From NCBI RefSeq assembly GCF_964204645.1, contig NC_134034.1, forward strand, positions 9,808,962-9,872,961: a stretch of 64,000 nucleotides of DNA, in the 5' to 3' direction. Below are positions 13,801 through 25,173 of this stretch, piece after piece. This DNA is from Tubulanus polymorphus (Eukaryota; Animalia; Nemertea). Both the position numbers and the translations under genes were made by a program. Positions within the stretch are counted from its first letter, which is position 1; every line of letters starts with the position of its first letter. The notes below the pieces were generated by a model. That model saw only the letters and a list, made by a program, of their open reading frames with translations. It was not told where the DNA came from and did not search any database.

Positions 13801-16800
13801 ACGCGGGGATGGGTCGAGAATATTCACTCGCGAAACGCGGGGATGGGTCAAGGATATTTACTCTAGAAACGCGGGGATGGGTCGAGAATATTCACTCGCG
13901 AAACGCGGGGATGGGTCGAGAATATTCACTCGCGAAACGCGGGGATGGGTCGAGGATATTTACTCTAGAAACGCGGGGATGGGTCGAGAATATTCACTCG
14001 CGAAACGCGGGGATGGGTCGAGAATATTCACTCGCGAAACGCGGGGATGGGTCGAGGATATTCACTCGCGAAACGCGGGGATGGGTCGAGGATATTTACT
14101 CCAGAAACTCAGGGATGGGTCGAGGATATTTACTCCAGAAACTCAGGGATGGGTCGAGGATATTCACTCCAGAGACTCAGGGATGGGTCGAGGATATTCA
14201 CTTCAGAAATGCAGGGATGGGTCGAGGATATTCACTCCAGAAACTAAGGGATGGGTCAAGGATATTCACTCCAGAAATGCAGGGATGGGTCGAGAATATT
14301 CACTCGCGAAACGCGGGGATCAGTCGAGGATATTCACTCTAGAAACGCGGGGACGGGTCGAGGATATTCACTCGCGAAACGCGGGGATGGGTCGAGGATA
14401 TTCACTCCAGAAACTCAGGGATAGGTCGAGGATATTCTGATTAAAAGAGCATTTTAATTATCACATTCGTAAACGAAACCTGAGAGCACGATCAACTAAC
14501 TAACTACTTCTGAATGACAACTTCCTTTCACGACATTTCGCGTAAACACTTGGATCTAGTCCAAGAATCTACACGACACCTTATAATACATTATAATTTA
14601 CACTGGTTGACACCGACAATACAGAAATAGAGAATAACACCGTTAATAGAGAATATTATACCTAGACCCCCGGGAATCGCGGTAAAATGATCTCTTCTCG
14701 CTTTTCGACAAAAACAGCCGACCGACCGGATAGCACCTTTAAATTATTCTACGCTGGAGTAAGGCTGAAGGTTGCAGTCCCTAGGTTCATACTTATTTGA
14801 GTTCTTAGCCATCTAGGCCTTATTGATATTGACAGTGTCTGTAGAAGTTAGGCTCAGGTTCAAAAATGCACCTTTAAGTTACTGACCCATTCAGCGTACT
14901 GGTATCATCAGCAGGTTTGAGGTGTCTTTTATCTCTCCACACTCGAGCCCGCTATTCACAGCAGCACTTTAACCCTTTCAGTGCTGAATAATCAATACCC
15001 TATAGTGCTGGAGATAATTTGAAAATTTGAAAAAATTCCACCCTAGTGTGTTGAATAACGGGAATACCACTATAGTGCGTCTACACCGTAGCGCAGTGTA
15101 TCGTTAGTTACTAGTATTTCACTATGCTTGACAGCTGCTGCCATCTTCCAAGAGAGATAATTACTAATTACATCAATACACTGCAGTGCGGTGTACTAGC
15201 AAAATCTATCACTGATTCGTACACCGCACTGCGGTGTAGACGCACTGAAAGGGTTAAGGAGTTTCAAGGTTTCTCTTTTCCCTCAATTCGCTGTGGACAC
15301 TCAGGATAGGTCGCAAATTTTTCCTGCCACGAAACCGAGAGATGGACCTTTTGACCGTCAGGAAACTGCTTCCCGAATGAATCCAGGATTCCCGAGAGAC
15401 CAGTAACTCAAAGACCGGTACAGTATCTCATTAGACCTCGGTTTTAAGGCATATGGTCATTAAACCCGACCGACCACTTGGTTCTAAATGAAACGCTTAG
15501 ACAGGTTTTGATCCGTCTCTTCTGACATTTCAACGAAAATACGTTCAGTTGCGGAATAACACAATCGGTTATTTAACTTGATAAAAGTGCCTGATAGAGA
15601 GTTTGGTAGGTTTTGATCGGTCTCTAGCAATCAAGGAATTCTCTTCTGGGGCATTCGTTTCAACGAGAATACGCTCTACCTATTCCGGACTAACGTACTC
15701 TGTAGGCTTAAATCTGTTAGAAACAGCTGGTAGAGAGTTTGTAATCTGGAATTGCTCTAATCCTAAATCGGACTGTGTTAAATTTGAAACGTGACTTACA
15801 GTTGCAGTACGATAGAATACGCGTATTTACCTGAGTAGACTTATCGGTCATAACAAGCTGACAGTTTTGAAAACTCGGCCATTGCCCGGTGAGGTATGGG
15901 CCGGCGATGGCGTCCAACGAACCAGTGCGTTTAATATTACTGGGACTTGATCTCAATGGTTTCGGACGTTCAACTGAAATCAAACACAAATACATGAAAT
16001 CAATTTTACAAGTTAGTAATGACATAAGGCTCTTCAAATCCCTGTGATGGAGGATGTGTCTAATAGGACAGGGGTTTGTACTGTGACGGGAGTCTCATGA
16101 TGCCACCAGGTTCAAATCCCTGTGAAGGAGGATGTGTCTACTATGACAGGGGTTTGTACTGTAATAAGAGTCTCATGATGTCATCAGGTTCAAATCCCTG
16201 TGAGGGAGGATGTGTCTACTAGGACAGGGGTTTGTACTGTGACAGTCTCATGATGTCACCAGGTTCAAATCCCTGTGAAGGAGGATGTGTTTATTAGGAC
16301 AGGGGTTTGTACTGTGACAGTCTCATGATGCCATCAGGTTCAACTCCCTACGAGGCGACTTGAAGAGCCAGGCTAGCTGATGGGCCTGCGGCCAGACAGC
16401 TAATAGAGGCCTCTTTTTGGGACTGACTTTTTTCACTATTCAGGCTCCTGAGGCTATAAGCATCAACTGAGGATATAATGGACCTATTCCTCACACAAAC
16501 TCAGACCAAATAAAGTAACAAATCACTTCAGATAAAACGCAGGGTAATAGATCAGTAATGCCAGGATAGGCCTAAGGAGTTTTCAAAGAGAAAATTTCAA
16601 ATTTCAAGGAAAAGAGTTTCAAAGACTTATAAAGGCATTTTTCGTTTAAAAGTTTTTCAGGAATTGAGGAGTCGTCAGAACTGTATGCCAAACTGTTCCT
16701 TACAGGCATCACTCCACTTCACCAGAAACAACCGATGTCTTGTGTTGGAGTTTTCAGATTCGTCACAATGAAAGGGGCAGACTTAGGGTAGTCTCAGGGG

Positions 16801-18226
16801 TCCGGACCCCTACCTTCTCTTGTCGTCAAGACAGAGATTGTTATAGACTTAACCCTTTCAGTGCTGACTTAATAATACCCTATAGTGCTAAAGATAATTT
16901 GAAAATTCCACCCCAGTGTGTTGTGGCATGCTGCTAGGCTATAGTGCGTATACATCGCCATGCGGTGTATCGTTAGTTACTAATATTTCACTATGTTTGA
17001 CAGGTGCTACCTGCCATCTTTCAATGGAAAATAAAAACTAATTACATCAATACACTGCGATGCAGTGTACTAATGTCTATTTCAACCTGACTTGAGAGCA
17101 TTCCGGTTGGCCTAGCTCGCTCATTTTTGGTAGTAGCCTACATACCTGATAAAAGTCTTATTAGGACCAGAATGCATTGGCAGTCGACCTAAATCATCAT
17201 TTTTTAATCCATTTGAAACCGTATTGAAGGATATCCAAAAAGTCTTCACTGAAAGGGGTTAAATGAAGAGAAGTGACTCCATGATTTGAAAGTTTAACAA
17301 TATGTTTCCATGCCTACGTATCAAATTTCAGTTGGTAGGCATGGAGACATATTGTTTAACTTTCAAATCATGGAGTCTCTTTTCTCTCAGGAACCCCTCT
17401 CAATGCAGATTTTTTGGATATTCTACAATACAGTTTCAAATGGATTAAAAAATGATGATTTAGGTCGACTGCCAATGCATTCTGGTCCTAATAAGACTTT
17501 TATCAGGTATGTACTACTGAAACTGACTGAGCTAGGCCACCCTGTATGCTCTCAAGTCAGGTTGAAATAGACATTAGCAAAATCATCACCGATTTATACA
17601 CCACACTGCGGTGTAGACGCACTGAAAGGGTTCACCGGCAAATTCGAAACTCATCCTATTTCGAAAATTGCATATTTTCGGATTTATTTCTTGAAAATAT
17701 CTAGTAATGAGTGCTGGACTCGGCAAGTATCTTAAGCAGTGGCTGCTCTAGCTGATAAATGCCTTTTCTCTTCTTCCGCACCCCAGCCTTGCAAACATCC
17801 GAGATCCATCTCAGATTGTTGGAGAATATTACCTTTGATAACGTTAGCGGGTGAACTCGAACTTCTCGACGACGATTCGACCGCAGGACCGGATGTGGCT
17901 GCTGCCGGTGAAGACGTACCACCACAGCTGCGATGATTATCCGGCGGAGATCGACGAGGCGGCTTCGCGACGCGCTCCCACGGCGAAGCCATCGTCGGCG
18001 ACGACGACGGGCTGCCAACAACTACTTTTCGGCCGGCGTTATTCGTCGGGCCCGCGCGGCTCGACGTCGGGCCCGACACGCCACTGCCCTGCTGCATCAG
18101 CGAATGAAACTGAACGGTAGCTTTCATCGGACCCTGTTTACTACAGCTACCCCCAGCAGCTGATGACGACGAAGTCGACGCTGGGGACACATTTCGGCGC
18201 ACTCTTTGCGTCGGTAAATTTGACAT
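322..18226 (-). CDS. GLCCI1: FAM117/GLCCI1-family protein gene, 8 coding exons, ~500 aa
   Basis: Family motifs MKATVQF, RTGSLDAIAGPYLTGQWP, DKSTQT, HKRSAS, RQRLQRSK, SVEGLNQEIE, PDGHRAP, RSIDTQTP, SPRPNKSYSFGREPPDGCEKV and GSAFC. Exon lengths sum to 1503 nt with consistent phases. Probably co-orthologous to GLCCI1, FAM117A and FAM117B. Confidence 0.92.
895..1042 (-). CDS. GLCCI1: FAM117/GLCCI1 exon 7
   Basis: SPRPNKSYSFGREPPDGCEKV; ttttcag / gtaagt. Confidence 0.93.
1562..1808 (-). CDS. GLCCI1: FAM117/GLCCI1 exon 6
   Basis: EPTPDGHRAP...RSIDTQTP...KEIESK; atacag / gtacgt. Confidence 0.9.
2008..2289. mobile_element. MITE with CATGG TIRs and apparent 6-bp TSD (second copy 54412-54723)
   Basis: CTTAAG|CATGATTCCCACAG...CTGTGGGAACCATG|CTTAAG; the second copy is flanked by CTTTTC/CTTTTA. 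Confidence 0.75.
2640..2702 (-). CDS. GLCCI1: FAM117/GLCCI1 exon 5
   Basis: EIERLVLKNSHSGNDDIDLDR; tatttccag / gtgagt. Confidence 0.9.
2921..3084. mobile_element. Small MITE with GGGGTCATTCATTTATTAC TIRs (second copy ~25342-25505)
   Basis: ~25-bp terminal inverted repeats; two near-identical dispersed copies. Confidence 0.75.
3292..3580. repeat. 48-bp minisatellite, ~6 copies
   Basis: Unit GTCAGGTATCCACAATCCCTCACCCGCGAGTTCAGAATCCCCCGGATA. Confidence 0.95.
3588..3794 (-). CDS. GLCCI1: FAM117/GLCCI1 exon 4
   Basis: LYRQRLQRSKES...RGSVEGLNQ; gttgcag / gttagt. Confidence 0.9.
4690..5228. repeat. ~30-bp minisatellite, degenerating leftwards
   Basis: Unit ~AAGGTGGATAGTTTGGGACAGTTAGTTTCG. Confidence 0.9.
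5260..5355 (-). CDS. GLCCI1: FAM117/GLCCI1 exon 3
   Basis: TEDFEESVSEKVKKKHKRSASVGNIRENITLL; ttttcgtag / gtaggt. Confidence 0.85.
5499..5789. mobile_element. piggyBac-like MITE (family copy, orientation A)
   Basis: TTAA|CCCTTTCAGTGC...GCACTGAAAGGG|TTAA, with internal palindromes TACACCGCAnTGCGGTGTA. Confidence 0.85.
6177..6680. repeat. 42-bp minisatellite, 12 near-identical copies
   Basis: Unit ATTGCCACAGTAGCACCACACACAAGAGTGGGACTGCTCCYG. Confidence 0.97.
7535..7655. repeat. (CCCT)n microsatellite, ~30 units
   Basis: Direct reading. Confidence 0.97.
7962..8455. repeat. 107-bp tandem repeat, ~4.5 copies, with 214-bp dimer periodicity
   Basis: Identical spurious ORFs at 7992 and 8206, 214 bp apart. 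Confidence 0.93.
10402..11655. repeat. 34-bp minisatellite, ~37 copies
   Basis: Unit ACAGGGTCCCTACAGATCAGTCATTCCTGGATAT. Confidence 0.97.
12241..12420. mobile_element. piggyBac-like MITE, internally deleted copy (orientation B)
   Basis: Same TIRs and TTAA flanks. Confidence 0.8.
12764..14438. repeat. 34-bp minisatellite, ~49 copies
   Basis: Unit GGGATGGGTCGAGGATATTCACTCCAGAAACTCA. Confidence 0.97.
14969..15257. mobile_element. piggyBac-like MITE (orientation B)
   Basis: Same TIRs and TTAA flanks. Confidence 0.85.
15831..15973 (-). CDS. GLCCI1: FAM117/GLCCI1 exon 2
   Basis: RTGSLDAIAGPYLTGQWP...DKSTQ; gatttcag / gtaaat. Confidence 0.93.
16033..16350. repeat. ~80-bp tandem repeat containing a B-box-like GGTTCAAATCCC (related copies ~33985-34160)
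   Basis: ~4 units. Confidence 0.8.
16849..17634. mobile_element. piggyBac-like MITE interrupted by a foldback element
   Basis: TIRs at both ends; the consensus GTACTAGCAAAATC is split at TA by the insertion. Confidence 0.8.
17073..17574. mobile_element. 502-bp foldback (near-palindromic) MITE with TA target duplication
   Basis: TA|ATGTCTATTTCAACCTGACTTGAGAGCAT...ATGCTCTCAAGTCAGGTTGAAATAGACAT|TA; arms are complementary over ~240 bp. Confidence 0.85.
17833..18226 (-). CDS. GLCCI1: FAM117/GLCCI1 exon 1 (MSNLPTQRVRR...SPANVIK)
   Basis: ATG 18226, Ser/Pro-rich, AAG|gtaata donor in phase 1. Confidence 0.85.
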
Positions 18227-18413
18227 TTCTAGCGATTTAACTCCTAAAAGCGTTCGAACAAATATTCATCTACCAGTGTGAGCGATTTCGGGTCGATTCG
18301 ACGAGTTTTCGGCGAGTTTTTCAGCTTTTTCGGCGCATACTTTCTCTCAATTTCTGTCGTTCTGTAGAAACTCTCAACTCTCCGGGATCCGACGAGGAAT
18401 CTCGCACCGGCTC

Positions 18414-18497
18414 GTCACGTGTTCCCGATCCGCGTCGCTGATTCGTCGAAGCGCTCGACCTAGTTATGCAAATCAGGGAAATCCCCGCAATGACGTC
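18414..18497. promoter_or_regulatory. Putative FAM117/GLCCI1 proximal promoter motif cluster
   Basis: GTCACGTG E-box 18414-21, octamer ATGCAAAT 18466-73, kappaB-like GGGAAATCCCC 18476-86 and CRE-like TGACGTC 18491-97, about 190-270 bp upstream of the ATG. Confidence 0.5.
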
Positions 18498-20991
18498 GCT
18501 ACTGATTACTGTCGCAATGCGGAAAAAATGAAGAACCACGTTTTTTTAGAAATTAGAAATGAATTTTTGATAATTCTCTCGATTAAAACCGTTATCCTAG
18601 TTGCCAGTATTAATTGATAATTGGGGAAAAGAACTATTGGTTTTAAAGCGAAGAATTAAATTTCATTGAGTGGAAATTTCCCGACTTGATCCACTCGATC
18701 TGCCATTCCAATTTCTTCTGAAAGAAGACAGATCTTTCTTTATTCGGCGTTTCGATGGTGTCGGAGGGTATGACACAATTCATGTTGAAATACATTTCGT
18801 TCAGTCGTACCTAGTAGTTTTGACCAACAGAGCTAAAATGTACGATTATACTACTCAAATACAGTTAAACAAAGAAATTATAATATTTGCTGTCTGCTAT
18901 CCTGGCACTTTGCCAGTTTTCAATAGATGGCGGAGCTGAACTTGAATATTTATTTTGGTATAGTCTACCGTATTTAGGCCGTGTTGAGGATTGATTGCTA
19001 TCATTTTTTTAAATATCGAATCAGGTCGAGTTGGTCAGTCTATCGATATCTTAAAAGATTATGCCTATGGCATTTGGTTGTGTGGGGTGGCTCCGATGAC
19101 TACTCCGTCACTCAATTGCCGCTGTATGATATTTAGGAGGCCTCCGGTAGAACTTGTTATCCATCCATGCATGCTATTCGCGATTTGCTCTCCATCAAAA
19201 GAACTCTTCCTCGGCCAAATTAATACCACAGAAAGACGAAATATAATATAATTTTGAAATTATTTCAATTTTATTCTTCACAACATATTTTACAATACTA
19301 TGTTCATTTCTCGGCAAAATACTAACAAAATCCAACAAAAGAAAATTCTGGTATCTGGCCAGCACCTGCCACTACAATTTTTTGAAAATTTTTTCAGTTG
19401 GCCCACTCGCAAAAAAACATCGTAAAGACTTCCAACGAAACCAAATTTACAAATACTAATTCACTGTACAACGCTCTATTTCACTAATTCTTCATCATCC
19501 CTTCTACGAGGGAAAATGATTCCCGTGAGCACATCAATTAATGCAAGTTACTTTCTACAAATCCAACATAAAACTTGTACACACGCAATGACGAGTTGAA
19601 CTCCAGCAGGCCACCGTTTAAATAAGTGCGCATTACTATGTTAGCATATTATATTTACAAGAACTTGGTCAGGAATAGGTGCCGGGTTATCCTAGATACG
19701 TCCGCGGCGCCGATCTCCCGCCAAATTCGAGCCGCATGTCATATGCCAGCAACATTTATCTAATATACATCATAATATATATATATATATATGTATATTC
19801 ATTATTTATAGGTATTTACAAATATTCATCGTACATATTTATACGGTTAAACAGGTCTCGAGATGATATTTATAATATTTATAACATGAAGTTCATTATC
19901 GTAATCATAATTTTAAAGAAGCTTTTTATTTCGAGAAACGTTCGATCGATCTGCCTACGACAAAAGAACCATCCGGAAAATAATTCCGATATTGAAAATA
20001 AGTATCATTCAAATTCACGTTAATTCTGAGCATCTCCCCCCCCCGATTAAAGGATGCCGTTAAAGGCAGCGGATCGATTGATTATTGATACCTGCATATT
20101 TGTCTAATTAATTCAGGTGAAACCGTTTTGAAATTTATTAGCGTGTGACCTTAGTTGCCGAGTTCGGCTCCGGCCCCTTAAAAAAGACCCCTTTTGATGA
20201 TTCCTAGCCCGGCAATACTCGAATGATATTTCAACCTATAAAAAAACAAAGCCTTATTTCAAAGAGATTGTCTCTTATTACCCAATGATCGATGAAACAT
20301 TCCACGATACGGGGTCAATTTTTGACACGCCCCCTAGGGGCAAGTATGCACTTTATGAACAGCCCCCCCCCCATACTGGAAATCAGAGCCGCGATCACGC
20401 CAAAACGATTTGCCCGGGACCAGACCCCGAGTCACGCCTAATTTGGGAGAAAAATAACTCGCTCATCACTGAAATGCTATTAAAACAATGCTGCGGCAAG
20501 TGAGGAATCACTTCCAGAATCAGTTAGCGATAATTCGACCTGCTCTAAAATTCGGCACGGGCCCGTTCCGAAGATCATTGCCAAATTCGGCCCGCGTCAA
20601 ACAGGCACGGGCCCATTTGGCACCGGTGTGAACGGCGCGATCGCGGCTTAAACCGATCAAATTAGTTGAAGTAACTAGTTACATCGAAAAAACGGCTCGC
20701 GTAACTAGTTACTTAAATAGGGGAGGATATCTGCATTAAAAAACTAAGAGGACATCCGTCCTGCGGATACAAATACAGTATCGCCTGAAATCGGTGAAAT
20801 TATCATCCCGTTTTTATCCACTTTACACGAGAGAGAATATCGTTTAGAGACCGAAAGTCAATTAACACACTAACGAAACTAACAAACTAATTAACAAAAC
20901 GTTTGCTTAATTTATACATAAATATTCACTTCCTAACACATGACTATACGATCATTTTTTTACACAGCCTATTATTCCCTACAATACACTA

Positions 20992-21322
20992 CAGCAGAAA
21001 CCGGCTTAATTCGGGCCGGAAAAATTCTTCCAGTTTACGAGAAATCTTCATTAGAAGTCTTTTTCTCATAGTCAACCCCTGATATACTGCCCTCCGATAT
21101 ACTGCCACCCCCAGGTTTACTCAATGTACATCTCTATACAAATACATAGTAAAACACCCCCGATATAAACCGCCATACTCTCTATACTGCCAAAATCTTT
21201 CCGCGCCGATTTGGGCGGTATATCGGGGTTGACGGTACATGGATGAACGAATGGACTGCAAATAATATCCATAAGAGACCAAAATCCGGATTAAGTCTGT
21301 CCGGATTAAGTGGGTTTGACTG
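20992..21322. mobile_element. Tc1/mariner-type MITE with a second MITE (~21069-21235) nested inside
   Basis: TA|CAGCAGAAACCGGCTTAAT...ATTAAGTGGGTTTGACTG|TA; inner GTCAACCCC...GGGGTTGAC. Confidence 0.55.
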
Positions 21323-22604
21323 TATTATCGTCGTTCATCAGTGCTGCTTGCTCGCCACCATCCTGCTGCCCTAAACACAATTTGGACAGAAATTACAATT
21401 CACCGGATTTACGGATCAACGCGCCATCTTTTGAGCGAGCTCGCAATTACAGCAGAACGTCGCACTGATACTGAAACAACGGCATCATGCCCTTATCCCG
21501 CTGAGTCACCGCTTTTTTTTTTTATAAAAATGATTTCATACTGGATATAATCGACTAACAGGTCGACTGAAGTACGTTATAATGAGTTACGCAGTAGTCA
21601 AAGGCCATCTTTCTGCATCATTCAACCAAGCATCGGCGTTAGTTCGATTGAGTTTTCGTCCTTCGATAGTACTTACAAAAACAGACAAGCTCTATGAATC
21701 GAAATTTGTGCATTTCAAACATCCAAATGCGCTCCAACCCTCTAGACAAAATGATCTTAGACTGTTTTTAAAGTAAACTAAGTTCAAATGTTTAACCCTT
21801 TCAGTGCGTCTACACCGCAATGTAGAAATCGGTGATGAACTTTGCTAGTACACTGCACCATGGTGTATTGATGTTATCAATAGTTTTCATCTCAATTGGA
21901 CAAGGGAAGCACCTGTCTAACAGTGGAATATTAGTTAACGATACACTGCACTGCGGTGTAAATGCACTGTAGCCACATGCCGGTTATTCAACACACTGGA
22001 GTGACATTTTCAAAAATTTAAAATCATCTTCAGCACTTTAGGGTATTAGAAGATGGGTTAGAAGTCGAATCCTTTACAGGGTGGAACTGGGTGCAGTGAG
22101 TTGGATTTAGAGTCAAAATTACTTTTTCTTTACAAATGTCTTTAAAACCCAAGAGACAAATCTCAACCAGAGATCTATGCAACTGGCTACAGAATATTTG
22201 CGGAATTTCACGTCGTTCTACAGTACACCCTAGTGCGTTCCACTGAAATGGGCGAGTTGCAAAAAACCTTCTACGTCCCTGCCGATCATGCTCGAACTGA
22301 TTCTTTCTCACGTTGAAATGTTACATTCGCAAATGAAAATTAAAAAAAACAAAAAAAACATAATTTTTTAAAGGTCTGAAAGACATATGTAGATTCGAAT
22401 ATCTATAAAATAATAGCACATTTCATTTCTATTTTTTCAATGCGTTAAGTTTCTTTCAACCGCAACAAAATTCGTTAGTTCAAATATCAATGCCCTTTGA
22501 ACTGCCTTATCAAAGGCGTCAAATCCTGCAGCTTGGGTTCGGATACTGTGGCTACATTTTTCAAAGCAAGGTTGAAGTCCAAGTTGGTGGTATTTTTAAA
22601 TGAG

Positions 22605-23100
22605 CTTGCACCGGTCATAAGTAATTAGATCGGCTATAGAACTAAAATGAACCTAGACTGACCATGTTAAATTGGCTATAGGAATAAAATGAGCTGAGAC
22701 TGGTCTCAAGTTTTTAGATTGGCTATAGAACCAAAATGAGCCTAGACTGGTGATAAGTTGTTTGATTGACTAAAGAACCAAAATGAGCCTAGACTGGTTT
22801 TAAGTTGTAAGATTAGTTATAGAACCAAAATGAGCTGAGACTGGTCTCAAGTTTTTAGATTGGCTATAGAACCAAAATGAGCTTAGACTGGTCTTAAGAG
22901 TTGTTAGATTGGCTATAGAACCAAAATGAGCCTAGACTGGTTTTAAGTTGTTAGATTGATTATAGAACCAAAATGAGCTGAGACTGGTTTTGTGTTGTAA
23001 GATTGGTTTTAGAACCAAAATGAGCTTAGACTGGTCTTAAGAGATGTTAGATTGGCTATAGAACCAAAATGACCCTAGACTGGTTTTAAGTTGCTATATA
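22605..23100. repeat. 47-bp satellite family array (reverse orientation)
   Basis: Unit TTGGCTATAGAACCAAAATGAGCCTAGACTGGTCTTAAGTTGTTAGA. Confidence 0.9.
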
Positions 23101-25063
23101 AGTTGCTATATCAAATCCAAGTCTTGGCTGCGTGCAACTGGAATCAAGGACTAGCTTTAACTACATTACAGGGGCCAGTTTAGTCGCGGCTACCTGGAAC
23201 AGTAAGGACTGGTTCATCGACTGAAAAATGTAGCCCTAGTGCGATAACCCGTAAATATATATATATATAAATATATACATACATGAAATGCTACGATCAT
23301 TATTATTACAAAACAGTTTCAGAGCCCTTTTTTATTTCAATTAGGCCAGTGATTTCTCACAAGCCAATATGAAATTTTGCCCAAGTTTGCCGATTGGGCA
23401 AAACCTAACCGCAGCAGACGAACATTATATATTACGCAATATACATAACATAGTACAGCTGAGCACGTTTTTTTTTTCAATGTTATTTCTACATTGCGCA
23501 TCGGAGTTTTTTTCGTAACAAATTCATTTGCAACTTTCAGCGGGAATACCTTCGCAATATCTTCGAACGTTAAGGCAAGTTTCGATTGAACATATTGCAG
23601 TTTGGGAGGAATATAGCAGATCGTGACAATGACCCGTCCCTGCTCCGTCTGGCCTTGAATACGCATACGTGGGAGACGATTTATCGGCATCTCAAAACGT
23701 CTGATCAAGTGGAGTGTATTGCATCAATTCGGCATTACTAACTCTCTACCGGCCGCTTCTATCAGGTTTACAGATTACAAACTCTCTACCGGCCGCTTCT
23801 ATCAGGTTTACAGATTACAAACTCTCTACCGGCCGCTTGTATCAGGTTTACAAATTATGCTATTACGTAATAGATAGAGCGTATTCTGGTCGCGCCAGTA
23901 GAGAGTCTGGAATCGGTACAGACCAATCGAAACCTGCCTTACAATCACTCGATTCAGATATCAAACCGTTTATCGGATAGGCACATGTTTCATTACAAGC
24001 AATTCAAATCTGCATAATGAAATTAACAACGGGGAAAACTCTATATATACATTTAGGCTGTCGTTGATTTAAATGCTTCAAACAAAATCTAATTAAACCC
24101 TGCCCAACGCCTATTTTCCCTGTTTATACTGGCAATCAACAAATTTGTTATAAATATAAAATCTTGTCCTTTTTATTTCATCGACAAATTTTAAAAGACG
24201 AAAAAGTTGATATTACGATTTTTCGAACGAAAAAATAATTCGTTTAAGAAAACTTTTCTCGCATTTTTTGTTTGTTTAAAGGGTAGAATCCAAACAACGT
24301 TCCGCGACTTAGTCGGTTTGCACAGTAGACCCCGACTTAATCTGGATCAGGATTTCGATCTAATCCGGAGACATTATTTACAGTTACTTTTTCTCCCTCG
24401 AACTGCATCAATTTCAACTAGTCCTGTTCCAGATTAAGCGCAGTCTTAGGCAAGATGACCCGGTTTCACGAAAAAGTTAAACTCAAATTTGCGGTTTAGC
24501 GACAACCGATGACTTAGCATTTTCAAAATATTTATACAACAATTAAAACTGTTTTTGATCTGCGGTTCCGTTGCTATCGGTTACTTCATACTTTCAGAAT
24601 ATCTACAACAATTTGAAACGGTTTTCAATTTTCCATTTTGTTGCTATCGGTAACTTAATTTCTCCGAAGTAATAACAACAATCGAAACTTTTTTGTTTCC
24701 GTTGCTATCGGTTACATCATATTTTCAAAATATCTACAACGATTAAAACCGTTTTCTGTTTTCGGTGCTATCGGTTACTCGGTATTTTCAAAGTATCTAC
24801 AACAATCGAAATGGTTTTTTTTTTTCAAGGTTTTTTTTTTTCAAGCTCAATCTCTTTCGCGAAACCGGACCGAGCCGATCCCGAATCCTCGGAAGTATCT
24901 TCGCAGACGGTTGGAAAACTATAACGCCGCGTAGACAGCGGCGCGCTCTGTCGAACGCGGGTGTCAGCACACGGGTGGCGCCACCGGCCGGTCGCCGTCG
25001 TAGCAGCGGCAAAGGTAGCGCAGAATCTCGAGACTCACTCCGCCGGTCTCCGCGGGTCGGCTA

Positions 25064-25173
25064 TCAGGACGTGTTGCTCGTGTCGAGGTCCATCGTTTCG
25101 GCGGAACTTCGCGCCGGGTCGAGGAATTTACTCGACGGTGAGGTAGATGATGAGTCATCTTCGTCTTCGTCCA
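25064..25173 (-). CDS. PRKAG: PRKAG terminal coding exon ([36 protein letters not shown])
   Basis: gttttcag acceptor, phase 1 entry, ends in a TGA TAG double stop. Confidence 0.85.

Noticed and set aside
10402-14438. CRISPR-like look of the two 34-bp arrays
   Set aside because: Head-to-tail units without unique spacers, no cas genes, eukaryotic intron.
18670-18939. ORF with VEIH...CYPGTLPVFN, reminiscent of the GatB N-terminus
   Set aside because: Short, non-ATG start, stops right after the motif and has no further exons. Likely chance; tBLASTn with GatB would settle it.
24960-25066. Stop-codon readthrough into the GC-rich sequence after the PRKAG stop
   Set aside because: TGA is followed immediately by TAG, and no readthrough context or SECIS was recognised.
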